From an uncultured Actinomycetes bacterium (GTDB lineage Bacteria; Actinomycetota; UBA4738; HRBIN12): a DNA stretch of 64,000 nucleotides. Numbering within the stretch: position 1 is the stretch's first letter; the number at the start of each line of letters is the position of its first letter. The notes below the pieces were generated by a model that did not search any database, was not told the DNA's origin, and saw only the letters and a program-made list of their open reading frames with translations. Of the stretch, positions 29,764 through 39,852 are shown one piece after another. A program made the position numbers and the translations under genes. Location: NCBI GenBank assembly GCA_963762075.1, contig CAVXJC010000005.1, positions 23,223 through 87,222 on the forward strand. The letters run 5' to 3'.

Positions 29764-30276
29764 GTGGAAACCTGGGATGCGATCCGCTCGCGGCGGAACG
29801 TACGAGCCTTCTCCGATGCGCCGATCGAGTTGCGGGACGTCGATCGCATCCTCGAGGCAGCCCGGCGCACGCCTTCGTCGAAGAATCAGCAAGCCTGGGA
29901 CTTCGTGGTGGTGATCAGTCGTGAAGCTCTCGTGGATCTGTCTCGCGTATGGCGGTACGCGGATCACGTCGCGAGCTCGGCTGCGACGATCGCGCTCATC
30001 GCGCCAGCGGCGAGCGCCACCGAACAGCGCGAGACGATCCAATTCGATCTAGGACAAGTGTCGATGAGCATCATGCTCGCCGCAGCCGATCTCGGCATCG
30101 GCACCTGTCACGCCGCGATCGGCGATCAGCCGCTCGCCCGCGATCTTCTCGGGCTGCCCGAGGGTCGCGAGTGCATGTGGCTCATCTCTCTCGGGTGGCC
30201 GTCTCGACCGCTCACGCCGATCGCGCATCCAAACCGGCGAGCGTTCGACGACGTGGTGCATCGCGGCCGCTGGTAG
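29764..30276 (+). CDS. nitroreductase family protein
   Basis: METWDAIRSRRNVRAFSDAPI...ILEAARRTPSSKNQQAWDFVVV. Confidence 0.85.
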   Translation: METWDAIRSRRNVRAFSDAPIELRDVDRILEAARRTPSSKNQQAWDFVVVISREALVDLSRVWRYADHVASSAATIALIAPAASATEQRETIQFDLGQVSMSIMLAAADLGIGTCHAAIGDQPLARDLLGLPEGRECMWLISLGWPSRPLTPIAHPNRRAFDDVVHRGRW

Positions 30277-30283
30277 CGGCGGA

Positions 30284-32320
30284 TCAGCTTCCGAGGGGCA
30301 AAGGCTTGTCCATGAAGGGATCGAGCTCGTCGGCTGGCATGGGATGGGCGAACCAGAATCCCTGCGCGAGCCGGCACCCGTTCGAACGCAGGAAGACGTA
30401 CTCGCCCTCGGTCTCGACACCTTCGGCGAGAGGCACCATGTCGAGTGACTGGGCCACCTGGATCATCGCCCTCACCATGCCGGCCAGACGCACATCCCTG
30501 TCGACGTTGCGGATGAACTCCCGGTCGATCTTCAGCACGTCGACGGGCATGTTCTTCAGGCGCGAGAGCGACGAGTAGCCGGTCCCGAAGTCGTCGAGTG
30601 CCAGTTGCAGTCCCCAGGCATGCAGCTCACGGAGGGTGCGCTGGGTTCGATCCGGGTCGGCCATGGCGGTCGATTCGGTGATCTCGGCCTGCACGGTCGA
30701 CGGGTCGACGCCGGCCGCGCGCAGCTTCGCGAGCAGCCGATCGGCCAGGCGCGGGGTCCACAGCTGGCGCGGGGAAAGGTTGAACGACACCTCGAGATCG
30801 AGACCGGCGTCTCGCCATGCTCGTTGCTGTCCGGCCACCTGGTCGATCACCCAGTCGCCGATCGCCTCGATCAGACCCAGCTCCTCGGCGAGCGGGATGA
30901 ACTCGCCGGGAGGAACGATGCCGTGGAAGTCCTTCCAGCGGATCAGGGCCTCGACGCCCACGACACGGCGGTCGGCGAGGTCGACGACCGGCTGGTAGTG
31001 CAACACCCAGCTCTGTTGCTCGACCGCCCCACGGAGACGCTGCTCGAACGTGAGGCGGCCCGTTGCGTCTTCCCCCTCGTTGGCGAAGAACCTGTGGCCG
31101 CCCGGCTCCAGGCGCTTGGCCCGGTACATCGCGATGTCGGCATTCTTGAGCAGGGTCTCCGCGTCAAGCGCATCGCGCGGGAAGAGACTGATACCGATCG
31201 AGCCCCGAGCGTGGAAGTCCGTGCCGAGCAGCTCGAACGGCGCCGAAAGTGCGTCGGTCACGCGATCGGCGACCCTGACCGCTGCGGCCTCGATCGCTTC
31301 GTGATCGAGGTCGGCGAGCAGCATGAGGAACTCGTCGCCACCCTGGCGGGCGACCAGATCGGTCTCGCGAGTGCAGGTCCTCAACCGTTGCGCGAGCTCG
31401 GTCAGCAACCGATCGCCGGCATGGTGACCGAGTGAGTCGTTGACCAGCTTGAAGTTGTCGAGGTCGAGGAAGACCACCGCGACAGCCTTGTCGTCGCGTT
31501 TGGCGCGCTCAACGGCGAGGGTCAACGTCTCTTCGAACAGCTGCCGGTTCGCCAGAGAGGTGAGGCCGTCGTGATAGGCCATGTGCGCCACACGCGCCTC
31601 CGCTTCCTTCAGCTCCGTGACGTCGAACATGATGCCGTGTTCGAACACGGCTCTGCCATCGTCGTCGCGGTGGGCATAGGCGCGATCGCGGATCCATGTG
31701 ATCCGCCCATCAGGACGCACCATGCGGTAATCGTCGAGATCGGCGCCCTGACCGGCGATGAACGCATCGCTCTGCAACTTCACTCGCTCACGATCGTCCG
31801 GGTGCACCATACGGAGCCACATGTCCGGGTCGGCCTGGTAGGCGGCAGGCGAGACTCCGAGGATCTGTTCGATCTGGGGGTTCACGTAGCTCGTGACCTC
31901 GCCGTCGTCGGCATAGACGACCGCGGGGATCTGTTCGACGAGGCTCCGATAGCGGGCCTCGGCCTCGACGAGCGCGACCGAGGCCTCACGTCCGGCGATC
32001 AGCTCGCGAGCATCGCGCACCGACGCCACCGACCAGCCGTCGTCGAACGGCCGCACCCGGGTCTCGACCGCCAGCCGGCCGCCGTCGGGACAGACGAGCT
32101 CCGCCTCGAACGTTGCGGCGTCGGCCGCTCCGTCTCCCCAATCGGGGATGATCTCTCGCACGTGCGCACCCGTCGGATCTAAGCCGAGCAGCTCGACGAA
32201 CCGATCGTTGACGGCCTCGATGCGACCCGAGCGCAGCACGAATTGCGCCTCGGGGGAAGCTTGGAACAGGCGTTCCACCTCGAGACCGACGTCGAGCGGG
32301 GTCGAACCCTCGTGCAACAC
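30284..32320 (-). CDS. PAS-PAS-GGDEF-EAL signalling protein
   Basis: 678 aa. RETD (RxxD I-site) lies five residues before GGDEF. EAL-domain motifs are VEALIRW, DDFGTGYSSL, EGVET and QGF. Confidence 0.9.
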   Translation of the reverse strand: MLHEGSTPLDVGLEVERLFQASPEAQFVLRSGRIEAVNDRFVELLGLDPTGAHVREIIPDWGDGAADAATFEAELVCPDGGRLAVETRVRPFDDGWSVASVRDARELIAGREASVALVEAEARYRSLVEQIPAVVYADDGEVTSYVNPQIEQILGVSPAAYQADPDMWLRMVHPDDRERVKLQSDAFIAGQGADLDDYRMVRPDGRITWIRDRAYAHRDDDGRAVFEHGIMFDVTELKEAEARVAHMAYHDGLTSLANRQLFEETLTLAVERAKRDDKAVAVVFLDLDNFKLVNDSLGHHAGDRLLTELAQRLRTCTRETDLVARQGGDEFLMLLADLDHEAIEAAAVRVADRVTDALSAPFELLGTDFHARGSIGISLFPRDALDAETLLKNADIAMYRAKRLEPGGHRFFANEGEDATGRLTFEQRLRGAVEQQSWVLHYQPVVDLADRRVVGVEALIRWKDFHGIVPPGEFIPLAEELGLIEAIGDWVIDQVAGQQRAWRDAGLDLEVSFNLSPRQLWTPRLADRLLAKLRAAGVDPSTVQAEITESTAMADPDRTQRTLRELHAWGLQLALDDFGTGYSSLSRLKNMPVDVLKIDREFIRNVDRDVRLAGMVRAMIQVAQSLDMVPLAEGVETEGEYVFLRSNGCRLAQGFWFAHPMPADELDPFMDKPLPLGS

Positions 32321-32413
32321 GATGATGAGAGCATCGGCTGCATGCCGTGACGACCTGAGTCCGGCGCTGCACTTGACCGATCGGCAACACCGGTCATCCC
32401 TCGATGAGGGGCG

Positions 32414-33448
32414 TCAGCGCATCAGCTGTTCGAGGGTGCAGCTTCGGGGATCGCGATCGGGGAGCCAACGCACGAACGTCACCGCGCTGCGGAACCGGGA
32501 CCCGCTGAGTCGATCGAAGCGCACCTCGCAGACGAGCGCAGGGGGCACGTCGACCCACGCCGACCGCACGGCTGAGAGGGTCACGGCAACCGGGGCGACC
32601 GTTCCGAGTGCCCCGACCATCTCGCGGCGGACCGGAGCCTGGCGGATCGCGGCCGTTCGGCCCACGTCGACCAGAACGTCTCCGTCGAACATGCCGAGCC
32701 GCACCGCCCCGAGCTCGCCCGATGCGGTGCGCCGGAACCCGGTCACGACGCAGGCAGCGTTGCGAGAGCGGCGCACGCGGACGCAGCGCCTTCCATCGGC
32801 GTGGCGCGCGATCACCCCGTCGCGCCCGGTCGAGTCCCGGTCGTGCAACCACGCGCGCGCGACGCGGCCATCGAAGGTTTGCGGCGTCAGCAGGATGGAC
32901 GGACCAGGAGGCATGCGACGGAGTCGCGAGGGCGCGATCTCGATGCCCATCTCCGAGGCGAGGCGCTCGAGCTGGCCGCGCCGCTCATCGATCGGCGCCG
33001 CTCGGGCGTCGACGCTTCCCCGTGTGAGGAGGTCGGTGAGCACGAGCGTTGCGGGCGTCGTGATCGCGAGTGATGCGACCCTCGCCTTCGCCGGATGCAG
33101 GCGGAGGCGGACTGTCTGGTGGTCCATGCCCGCGCTCGAGACGACCACCAGTGATCCGCGGACGACCGCTTCATCGCCGGGCATGGACCGGATCTGATCG
33201 ATCAGCTCGGGGAAGTATCGGTCGAACGTCCGCCCGCGATCGGAGACCAGCCGGTCGGATCCGGGCCGCAGCTCGTCGACCTCGTGACCGAGCCGGACGA
33301 TCACGCCGAGGCCGTCCCAATCGGGCTCGAACCGCCAATCGATCCCCGTCGGAAGGCGATCGACCACCTCGACCAACGACTGGGCCTCGCCAAGAGATAC
33401 GACGTCGCGCGAGATGTCGACGATCGCTTCCCTCCGCTCGCGCCTCAT
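32414..33448 (-). CDS. ATP-dependent DNA ligase (LigC-like) homologue with degenerate active site
   Basis: Ligase-specific blocks include RYFPELI and the C-terminal FVRWLPDRDPRSCTLEQL. Motif I reads FEPDWDGLG instead of EPKWDGxR, motif IV DGVIAR and motif V VRVRR. Confidence 0.75.
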   Translation of the reverse strand: MRRERREAIVDISRDVVSLGEAQSLVEVVDRLPTGIDWRFEPDWDGLGVIVRLGHEVDELRPGSDRLVSDRGRTFDRYFPELIDQIRSMPGDEAVVRGSLVVVSSAGMDHQTVRLRLHPAKARVASLAITTPATLVLTDLLTRGSVDARAAPIDERRGQLERLASEMGIEIAPSRLRRMPPGPSILLTPQTFDGRVARAWLHDRDSTGRDGVIARHADGRRCVRVRRSRNAACVVTGFRRTASGELGAVRLGMFDGDVLVDVGRTAAIRQAPVRREMVGALGTVAPVAVTLSAVRSAWVDVPPALVCEVRFDRLSGSRFRSAVTFVRWLPDRDPRSCTLEQLMR

Positions 33449-33542
33449 GTACCGACATTCGCACCGGGGCGGTCACACCGCATCGGGAACTTGACGGAGA
33501 TGTACTAGGCCGAACGGCGGAACTTCGCTCCCGCGACCGGTG

Positions 33543-34649
33543 TCACCTCGTCCGGGGGCGGAGGCGGGCCAGCTCCGCATCGAGTGCGGCACCGGGCACA
33601 TGAGCCCAGAGGTCGAACTCGTGTTCCCCTGAGTCGCTCACCTCCCAGACGCCCGCAACGCGACCACCGAGCAGGACCACCTTGCTGATCCAGCCGGCAG
33701 CACGGGATACCTGCGCCTTGTGGTCGGCCGGCACGAATGCGGCCGATCCTCTGCCAGGCGCGAGCACGTACTGGTCGAAGTTGCCGAGCAACCGGACGGC
33801 GTCGCTCGGCTCGGCGCGTTCCAGACTCGAGACGTCTCGGGCAAGGGCCCACGAGGCCGTCCCTTCGACTTCCACCGGCGCCACCTCATCGCCGAGTCGC
33901 TCGAACCACGGCCGGACCTTGCTCGCGGGCTGACGTGCCCACCAATCGGCGACGTCTTGTGCGGTCGCGGGGCCGAACGCCGCGAGGTATGAGCGCAGGA
34001 CCGACGCACCGGCCTCGTCGCGGTCGGGCGCCGACCATCCGTCGACCCAGGCGTCGGCTCGAACGAACGTCACGGACGAACCCCTCGGCGGTCCCTGGAG
34101 CAACGTGCCGGCCCACGCCGCGGGCTTCAGCAGCTCGCCCCACCCCGACGACAGCCGGTCACGCGCCGCACGAGACCGCAGATGACCTGCGAGCGAGGCG
34201 ACGAGTTCCTCTCTCGTGAGCGGTTCCGCGCCCAGGACCTCACTCAGGGCATCGCGAACACTCTCCACGTCGGTCGCGCTCACGCCGTGGTAACGCTCCC
34301 ACGCCTTCGATCGCCAGGGGGTCAGACCGGCCATCGTGGCGAGGTATGCCGGCGCCTCATCGGACGGCAGCACGTGCAGCGTGCCGCGCATGGCCCACGT
34401 CTTCACGAGCGAACGACCCTCGATCGCGCGGCTGATGGAAGCGGCGCCGCTCCTTCGCCTGGTCGCCACCCCGAACTCGGCCGCCGATGCCACCTGTGCC
34501 TGCACGCCGCAGAGCCGGCGAACGATCTCGACCGCGCTCTTCGAGGTACGAGGCTCGAGATGCTGACGCGCCAGTCGGAACGCGAAGACCTGGTCCCACG
34601 TCAGGCGCGCGACAGGAACCGGGGCGGTTCCTCGCGTCACCCGATCCAC
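33543..34649 (-). CDS. winged-helix AlkZ/YcaQ-family (HTH_42) DNA glycosylase-like protein
   Basis: 368 aa. It has the family layout, with GVQAQ (a Q-x-Q motif) near the N-terminus and RGTLH. Confidence 0.7.
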   Translation of the reverse strand: MDRVTRGTAPVPVARLTWDQVFAFRLARQHLEPRTSKSAVEIVRRLCGVQAQVASAAEFGVATRRRSGAASISRAIEGRSLVKTWAMRGTLHVLPSDEAPAYLATMAGLTPWRSKAWERYHGVSATDVESVRDALSEVLGAEPLTREELVASLAGHLRSRAARDRLSSGWGELLKPAAWAGTLLQGPPRGSSVTFVRADAWVDGWSAPDRDEAGASVLRSYLAAFGPATAQDVADWWARQPASKVRPWFERLGDEVAPVEVEGTASWALARDVSSLERAEPSDAVRLLGNFDQYVLAPGRGSAAFVPADHKAQVSRAAGWISKVVLLGGRVAGVWEVSDSGEHEFDLWAHVPGAALDAELARLRPRTR

Positions 34650-34656
34650 CCTCCGA

Positions 34657-36324
34657 TCAGGGAGTCGGCGACAGGGTTGCCGTGGGAGAGGTCGTCGGCG
34701 ACACGGTCGTCGTCGGAGTGGGAAGCGCGCTCGGCGCGATCGACGGCGAGAGCGTCGGGCTCGCCGTCGGCAGCGTCTCCGCGATCAGCACGTCGCTCGG
34801 CGTCGATGGCACGAAGCGCACCACGCCGGCACCGAGCGGCGGAACCGACACGATCGTGCAGCCCGCGCCGGACGGCCCCGCCGGCGAGCAGCTGCTCGCC
34901 GATCGACCGCCCACGGAGACCAGCACGCTCATGTAGCGAGCACCGCGATCGAGCGCCACGGCTTCGCTCACGAGCACCTGCCCGGCCGAATCGCCCGTCG
35001 CGGTGACACGGCCGATGAGCACGCCCTGCGCCCCTTCGGCCGAGTATTGGCGCATCTCGACCGTTACGAGGTCATCGGTGGCGATGTCGTTCCCGTCGAG
35101 TTGCACGGTGGCCGTGACGACCCGGCTTCCCGCAGCGAACGTGACGATCGGAGCGGGCACGGGCGGCTCGGCGTCGAGCACCGGCGGCACGATCGCCGAA
35201 GCGAGCGCGATCGTGAAGATGCCGGCGGAGATCATCGCCGAGACCGAGAACAGTTGCATGCGGCTCGCGTAGTAACGGCGCAGCACGAACGTGTCGTTGG
35301 CGTTGCCTTCGGCGTCGCTTCGTCCGAACAGGCTGATCAGACCGATCGCGAACGCCGCGATCGCCATGGTCACCGCGAAGCCCAGCCAGCCCGGCGTCTC
35401 GCGCACGGCCTGCGCGAGGGCGCCGGAGGCCCATGCCAGGCCTGCGAGGGCGACCGCGATCACCAGCTCGGCGATGAGAGCGAAACGCAGGCGCCGTTCG
35501 GCGCGCCAGCTCGGCGTGGGAGGCGCGAGGTCGACGATCGCTGCGTCCTCGAGCGCGAGGTCCCAGCCGACGGCGGGGGTGCCGAGCACCTCCGCGGGCT
35601 CATGATCGCCGAGCCCGGTGAATACCACGCGGTGCTGCACGGGTGGGTCGCCGAGCGGGGTCGGACATTCGATCACCACGCGCCACGGACCGGTGCGCTC
35701 GGCCGCCGACGCCCCCATCGCCGGCGCCGTGCGGATCGCCTCGATGATGGCATCCTCGTCGGGATCGGCGTCGGCGATGCGAGACGCGAGCTCCATGACG
35801 GGGAAGACCCCTTGCGGCAGCATCCTGGCCTGCTGCACCCGATCGAGCTGCGTCGCGGTCATGGTCTCGGAGGCTGTCGACGTCTCGCCCACGACCGGGC
35901 CGGGCTCGGCGTCGGTGAGCACGACCACGTCGTCGACGCCGGGGCCGGCGTCGCGGCGCCGGTCGAGCAGGCTCGCGATCGAGGGGTCGCTCCGCCGCAG
36001 CTCGTCCATCTCGTAGAGCCCCGGCACACGGTCGCGGGTCTCGCGCCCACCTGTGTCACGCCCGGCTGAAGGCGCTGCGAGCACCACCGGCGCGTCGATG
36101 GGCGCGGTGGTGCCGGACAAGATGCGTCGCACCTGCGACACGCGCTCGAGCGGATCGTCGGTGCGAAGGGCCAGGACCCGCGCGATCACCTCGTCGGTCG
36201 AGGCCAGATAGGAAGACTCTCGCGGCAGGAACTCGCGCTCGAGGCGGACCTGGGCGGTGACGTCGACCGCCTGGGCCCGGCCCTTGCGCTCGTGACCGGG
36301 GTGGGCGCAAAGGTATCGGGTCAT
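34657..36324 (-). CDS. large membrane protein, function unknown
   Basis: 555 aa. It has a roughly 290-aa cytoplasmic region, three TM helices, an extracytoplasmic domain and a Pro/Thr/Ser-rich tail. It ends 7 nt before the AlkZ-like start. Confidence 0.65.
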   Translation of the reverse strand: MTRYLCAHPGHERKGRAQAVDVTAQVRLEREFLPRESSYLASTDEVIARVLALRTDDPLERVSQVRRILSGTTAPIDAPVVLAAPSAGRDTGGRETRDRVPGLYEMDELRRSDPSIASLLDRRRDAGPGVDDVVVLTDAEPGPVVGETSTASETMTATQLDRVQQARMLPQGVFPVMELASRIADADPDEDAIIEAIRTAPAMGASAAERTGPWRVVIECPTPLGDPPVQHRVVFTGLGDHEPAEVLGTPAVGWDLALEDAAIVDLAPPTPSWRAERRLRFALIAELVIAVALAGLAWASGALAQAVRETPGWLGFAVTMAIAAFAIGLISLFGRSDAEGNANDTFVLRRYYASRMQLFSVSAMISAGIFTIALASAIVPPVLDAEPPVPAPIVTFAAGSRVVTATVQLDGNDIATDDLVTVEMRQYSAEGAQGVLIGRVTATGDSAGQVLVSEAVALDRGARYMSVLVSVGGRSASSCSPAGPSGAGCTIVSVPPLGAGVVRFVPSTPSDVLIAETLPTASPTLSPSIAPSALPTPTTTVSPTTSPTATLSPTP

Positions 36325-36547
36325 GGAAACCTCTCTCGTTGTGTGCCGTGGTACTCGATCGGGCGATATGGCCCGCCGCCCACGGGAACCGGGTCAGCCG
36401 TACGCTACACGGGGCATAGGGCTAAGGAACAGCCCCAACTCGTGCGTGGCGGGCAAGATCGAGACTTTCGGCCTAGGAGCGCGTTCTACCCTTCATGGTT
36501 GCGAGATGCGAGCTTGGCCGTACATGCGCTGTAGTCTCCGCGCCGAC

Positions 36548-37372
36548 ATGGAACCCGATCGAGACCTGCTCGAACGCATCAACGAATATCTCGACGCCGC
36601 ACCCAGGACCGGTGCACAGGCCGAGACCATCGGGCCCTTCACGCTCTTCCTGAACGAGGGCCACGGCTGGCGCTACTACGCGAGACCCACGCCCGGCGCC
36701 GATGGCTTCGACGTGGAAGCATTGCGGGCGGTCCGAGAGCGCCAGCGCGCCCTCGGTCAGCCCGAGGCGTTCGAATGGATCGACGAGCTCGCACCAGAGG
36801 TCGGCGCGACCGCCGAAGCCGACGGCATGCAGGTCGTGCATCACCCCTTGTTGGTGCTGATCCCCGACGATCTCCAGACGCCCGCGCCATCCGACGACAT
36901 CGATGTCGCGATCGTCGATCCCGACGAAGACCTCGCAGCGTTCAGTGCGGTGGCCGAGGTGGGATTCGCCACCCGTGGAACGGGCGTGGGCGATGCAGGC
37001 GCGGCCGAAGCGGCCGCAGCAGCCAAGACGCAGAACCCCGACACGATCGCCTTCCAGCGGGGACGCATGTTCGCCGGCCTCACGGTCCTCGCTGCGGCTC
37101 GCGTGTCTGGAGTCGCCGCCGCGGTGGGCTCCCATCAGCCCCTCGACGGTTCCAGCGAGGTGGTCGGGGTGGCGACGCTTCCTTCGTTCCGCCGCCGCGG
37201 ACTCGGATCGGCGGTCACGGCGACGCTCGTCGCCGACGCGTTGGAACGGGGCGTGGGCACGGTGTTCCTCTCCGCCGACGACGACGACGTCGCGCGGGTC
37301 TACGAACGCGTGGGATTCCGCCGCGTGGGCACCGCCGGCGCGGCCTCGGTCGCGGCGCCTTCGCCGAGCTGA
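36548..37372 (+). CDS. GNAT family N-acetyltransferase
   Basis: The C-terminal GNAT core is VATLPSFRRRGLGSAVTATLVADALERG. The ATG at 36548 was verified. Confidence 0.75.
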   Translation: MEPDRDLLERINEYLDAAPRTGAQAETIGPFTLFLNEGHGWRYYARPTPGADGFDVEALRAVRERQRALGQPEAFEWIDELAPEVGATAEADGMQVVHHPLLVLIPDDLQTPAPSDDIDVAIVDPDEDLAAFSAVAEVGFATRGTGVGDAGAAEAAAAAKTQNPDTIAFQRGRMFAGLTVLAAARVSGVAAAVGSHQPLDGSSEVVGVATLPSFRRRGLGSAVTATLVADALERGVGTVFLSADDDDVARVYERVGFRRVGTAGAASVAAPSPS

Positions 37373-37373
37373 G

Positions 37374-37997
37374 TCAATCGCGCACGATCACCGCGCGCCA
37401 CGCGCGCACCTCACCGGCGTCGAGGTTCGTCTCGAACCCTGCCGGAACGATCTCCCGCACCTTCCACCCGACCGAGAACGTGCTCCGCAACTCTTCCTCG
37501 GTGACCCGGCGGGGGCCCCAACCCGGCGGCTCGGCATCGCTGAAGCAGAGCAAGTGCAGCACGCCGCCGGGCTCGAGCGCATCGTGCACGCTCGCCGCAT
37601 AGACCGGCCGTTCATGGTCGTCGAGCACGTGGAAGAGTCCACAGTCCAGCGCCGACCCGAACCGCCGGCCGAGCCCTGCGACATCGAAGACATCGGCGAC
37701 CAGGAAGACGGCGGAGACGAGGTCGCGGTCCCGCGCCTTGTCCATGGCCTTGCCGATCGCCCGCGGCGACGCGTCGATGCCGAGGAGGTCGTGCCCACGC
37801 TCGGCCAGGGCGAGCGCATTCTCACCCGTGCCGCACCCCAGATCGACGATCGCCGACCGGAACGATCCCGCCTCGGCGAGCGCCAGCACCTCGCGCTGCG
37901 GCCGTCCGATGTCCCATGTCGGCACGCCGATGTAGGCATCGTCGAACCCCATCGCGTTGGGCGTGCCGTACGGTTCCATCCGTGGCTGCTGGTTCAT
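37374..37997 (-). CDS. class I SAM-dependent methyltransferase
   Basis: IVDLGCGTGENALALAERG (motif I). Confidence 0.85.
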   Translation of the reverse strand: MNQQPRMEPYGTPNAMGFDDAYIGVPTWDIGRPQREVLALAEAGSFRSAIVDLGCGTGENALALAERGHDLLGIDASPRAIGKAMDKARDRDLVSAVFLVADVFDVAGLGRRFGSALDCGLFHVLDDHERPVYAASVHDALEPGGVLHLLCFSDAEPPGWGPRRVTEEELRSTFSVGWKVREIVPAGFETNLDAGEVRAWRAVIVRD

Positions 37998-38198
37998 GGG
38001 GCGCCAACCCTATCCCCTCACCCAACATCGGGCGATACGGCTGACGCCCGGTCGCACGCAGAACCATCGAGATGAGTGGAAGGGAGAGGATCACAGATGC
38101 CGGTGATCGAAGATCTCCTCATTGCCTCGGTGGGCGGAATCGACGTCGGCTGGGTCCGGACTTCCTCGACTGGGGCTGAGCAGCACTATCCTGGGTGT

Positions 38199-39053
38199 AT
38201 GAGCTTGCTCCTTCTGCGTGACGAGCTGCCGACGCTTCGTGCGCCCGTGCTCATCGGGGCATTCGACGGCTGGATCGATGCAGGAGGCGCGGCTTCCGCG
38301 GCAGCCACGATCTTGGCCGGAGATGCCCAGGAGCTCGCGGCGGGAGACTCCGACGCGCTGTTCGACTATCGGTCGCGGCGTCCGGTGCTCGACGTGGTCG
38401 ACGGCACTCTCTCCGAGCTCGATTGGCCGGCGCTGACGATCGTGCGCCGAGCAGAGGGGGCCCGCGACCTGCTCGTGTTGCACGGGCCCGAGCCCGACTT
38501 CCGCTGGAAGGAGCTCGCCGAGCAGGTCATGGAGGCTGCCGTGCGCCTCGGCGTCGTGCAGTGGGTGAGCCTGGGGGCGATCCCGGCGGCCATGCCCCAC
38601 ACACGACCCGTGCACGTGTTCGGCACGGCATCGCAGACCGGACTGCTGCACGACGATGTCGAGCAGGGCCCGCAGGGCTTGCTGCGGGTGCCGGCGGCGT
38701 GCCTGTCGGTGATCGAGATGGCGGTGGCGGGCGCGGGCATCCCGACCGTGGGCTTCTACGCGCAGGTGCCGCACTACGTGGGCGGATCCTTCGCCGCGGC
38801 CACGATCGCCCTGCTCGAACAGACGGGACGCCACCTCGGCGTGGACCTGCCGCTCGGGGATCTGCCCGACGAGGCGCTCGCCCAACGGCAGCGACTCGAC
38901 ACGGCCGTCGGCGGCGATGACGACGCCCGCCAGTACCTGGAGCGCTTGGAATCGATCGCCGGCGAGGAACACGTTCCGTCGGGTGACGAGCTCGCGTCGG
39001 AGATCGAGCGGTTCTTGCAAGGGGAAGCCGGGGGCGGCGAACAGCGACTGTAG
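38199..39053 (+). CDS. PAC2 (proteasome assembly chaperone 2-like) family protein
   Basis: LRAPVLIGAFDGWIDAGGAASAAA is a PAC2 signature. The ATG at 38199 was verified. Confidence 0.8.
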   Translation: MSLLLLRDELPTLRAPVLIGAFDGWIDAGGAASAAATILAGDAQELAAGDSDALFDYRSRRPVLDVVDGTLSELDWPALTIVRRAEGARDLLVLHGPEPDFRWKELAEQVMEAAVRLGVVQWVSLGAIPAAMPHTRPVHVFGTASQTGLLHDDVEQGPQGLLRVPAACLSVIEMAVAGAGIPTVGFYAQVPHYVGGSFAAATIALLEQTGRHLGVDLPLGDLPDEALAQRQRLDTAVGGDDDARQYLERLESIAGEEHVPSGDELASEIERFLQGEAGGGEQRL

Positions 39054-39072
39054 GCAGGCTCGCCGGCAACGC

Positions 39073-39852
39073 TCAGCGTTCGACGAACACCACGACGCCG
39101 GCGAGCATCACCGAGATCTCGACGAGCTGGTTCGCGGCGCCGAGCTGGTCGCCGTTGATACCACCTACCTTCCGGCGGACGATCACGATCGCCCCGAACG
39201 TGGCGAGTGCGGTCGCCGCCAGCGGAAGCCAGGCGTGGAACCCGAACGCGGCGAGGGAGAGCGCGCTCGTGAGCGCGGCGAACGCCCAGCCCGCCGGTGA
39301 CGGTGGACCGGCGAGCGTCACCAGCGTCTCGGGCGCCGGGGGGATCGCGCGCATCATGACGAGCGATGACGCCCGGGCGAGCACCATCGCCGGCACCAGG
39401 GTCCTCGCGAACGCGTCGAGGGCCATCGGCGCGAGGGCTGCGAACTTCGTGGCGAACAGCAGCACGAGCGCCACCGTTCCGTAGGTGCCGAGCCGGCTGT
39501 CGCGCATGATGCGGAGTCGCTCGTCCGGCGTGCGTCCGCCCCAGAGACCGTCGGCCGCGTCGGCGAAGCCGTCCTCGTGGAAGGCGCCTGTCGAGAACAC
39601 CATCGTCGCGAGGGCGGCGATCGTTGCGAGCGATGTCCCGAGCGGCTCCTGCAAGGCCCATCGCACGCCGATGCCGATCGCGGCCACCGCCACGCCCACG
39701 AGCGGGAACGCGCCCATGGCTCGCTGGAGGTCACCCTGCTCGAAACGAACACGAAGCGGCAGGCGCGTGAGGAACTGGGTCGCGACGCCGATGAGGCGCA
39801 TCCACTCGCGGGGGCCGCCGATCGCGCGCCGAGTGCTCACACCGGTCCCCAC
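39073..39852 (-). CDS. cobS: adenosylcobinamide-GDP ribazoletransferase (cobalamin synthase)
   Basis: ATQFLTRLPL and the multi-TM profile fit CobS. It is the last gene of the B12 operon. ATG 39801 is an alternative start. Confidence 0.85.
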   Translation of the reverse strand: MGTGVSTRRAIGGPREWMRLIGVATQFLTRLPLRVRFEQGDLQRAMGAFPLVGVAVAAIGIGVRWALQEPLGTSLATIAALATMVFSTGAFHEDGFADAADGLWGGRTPDERLRIMRDSRLGTYGTVALVLLFATKFAALAPMALDAFARTLVPAMVLARASSLVMMRAIPPAPETLVTLAGPPSPAGWAFAALTSALSLAAFGFHAWLPLAATALATFGAIVIVRRKVGGINGDQLGAANQLVEISVMLAGVVVFVER

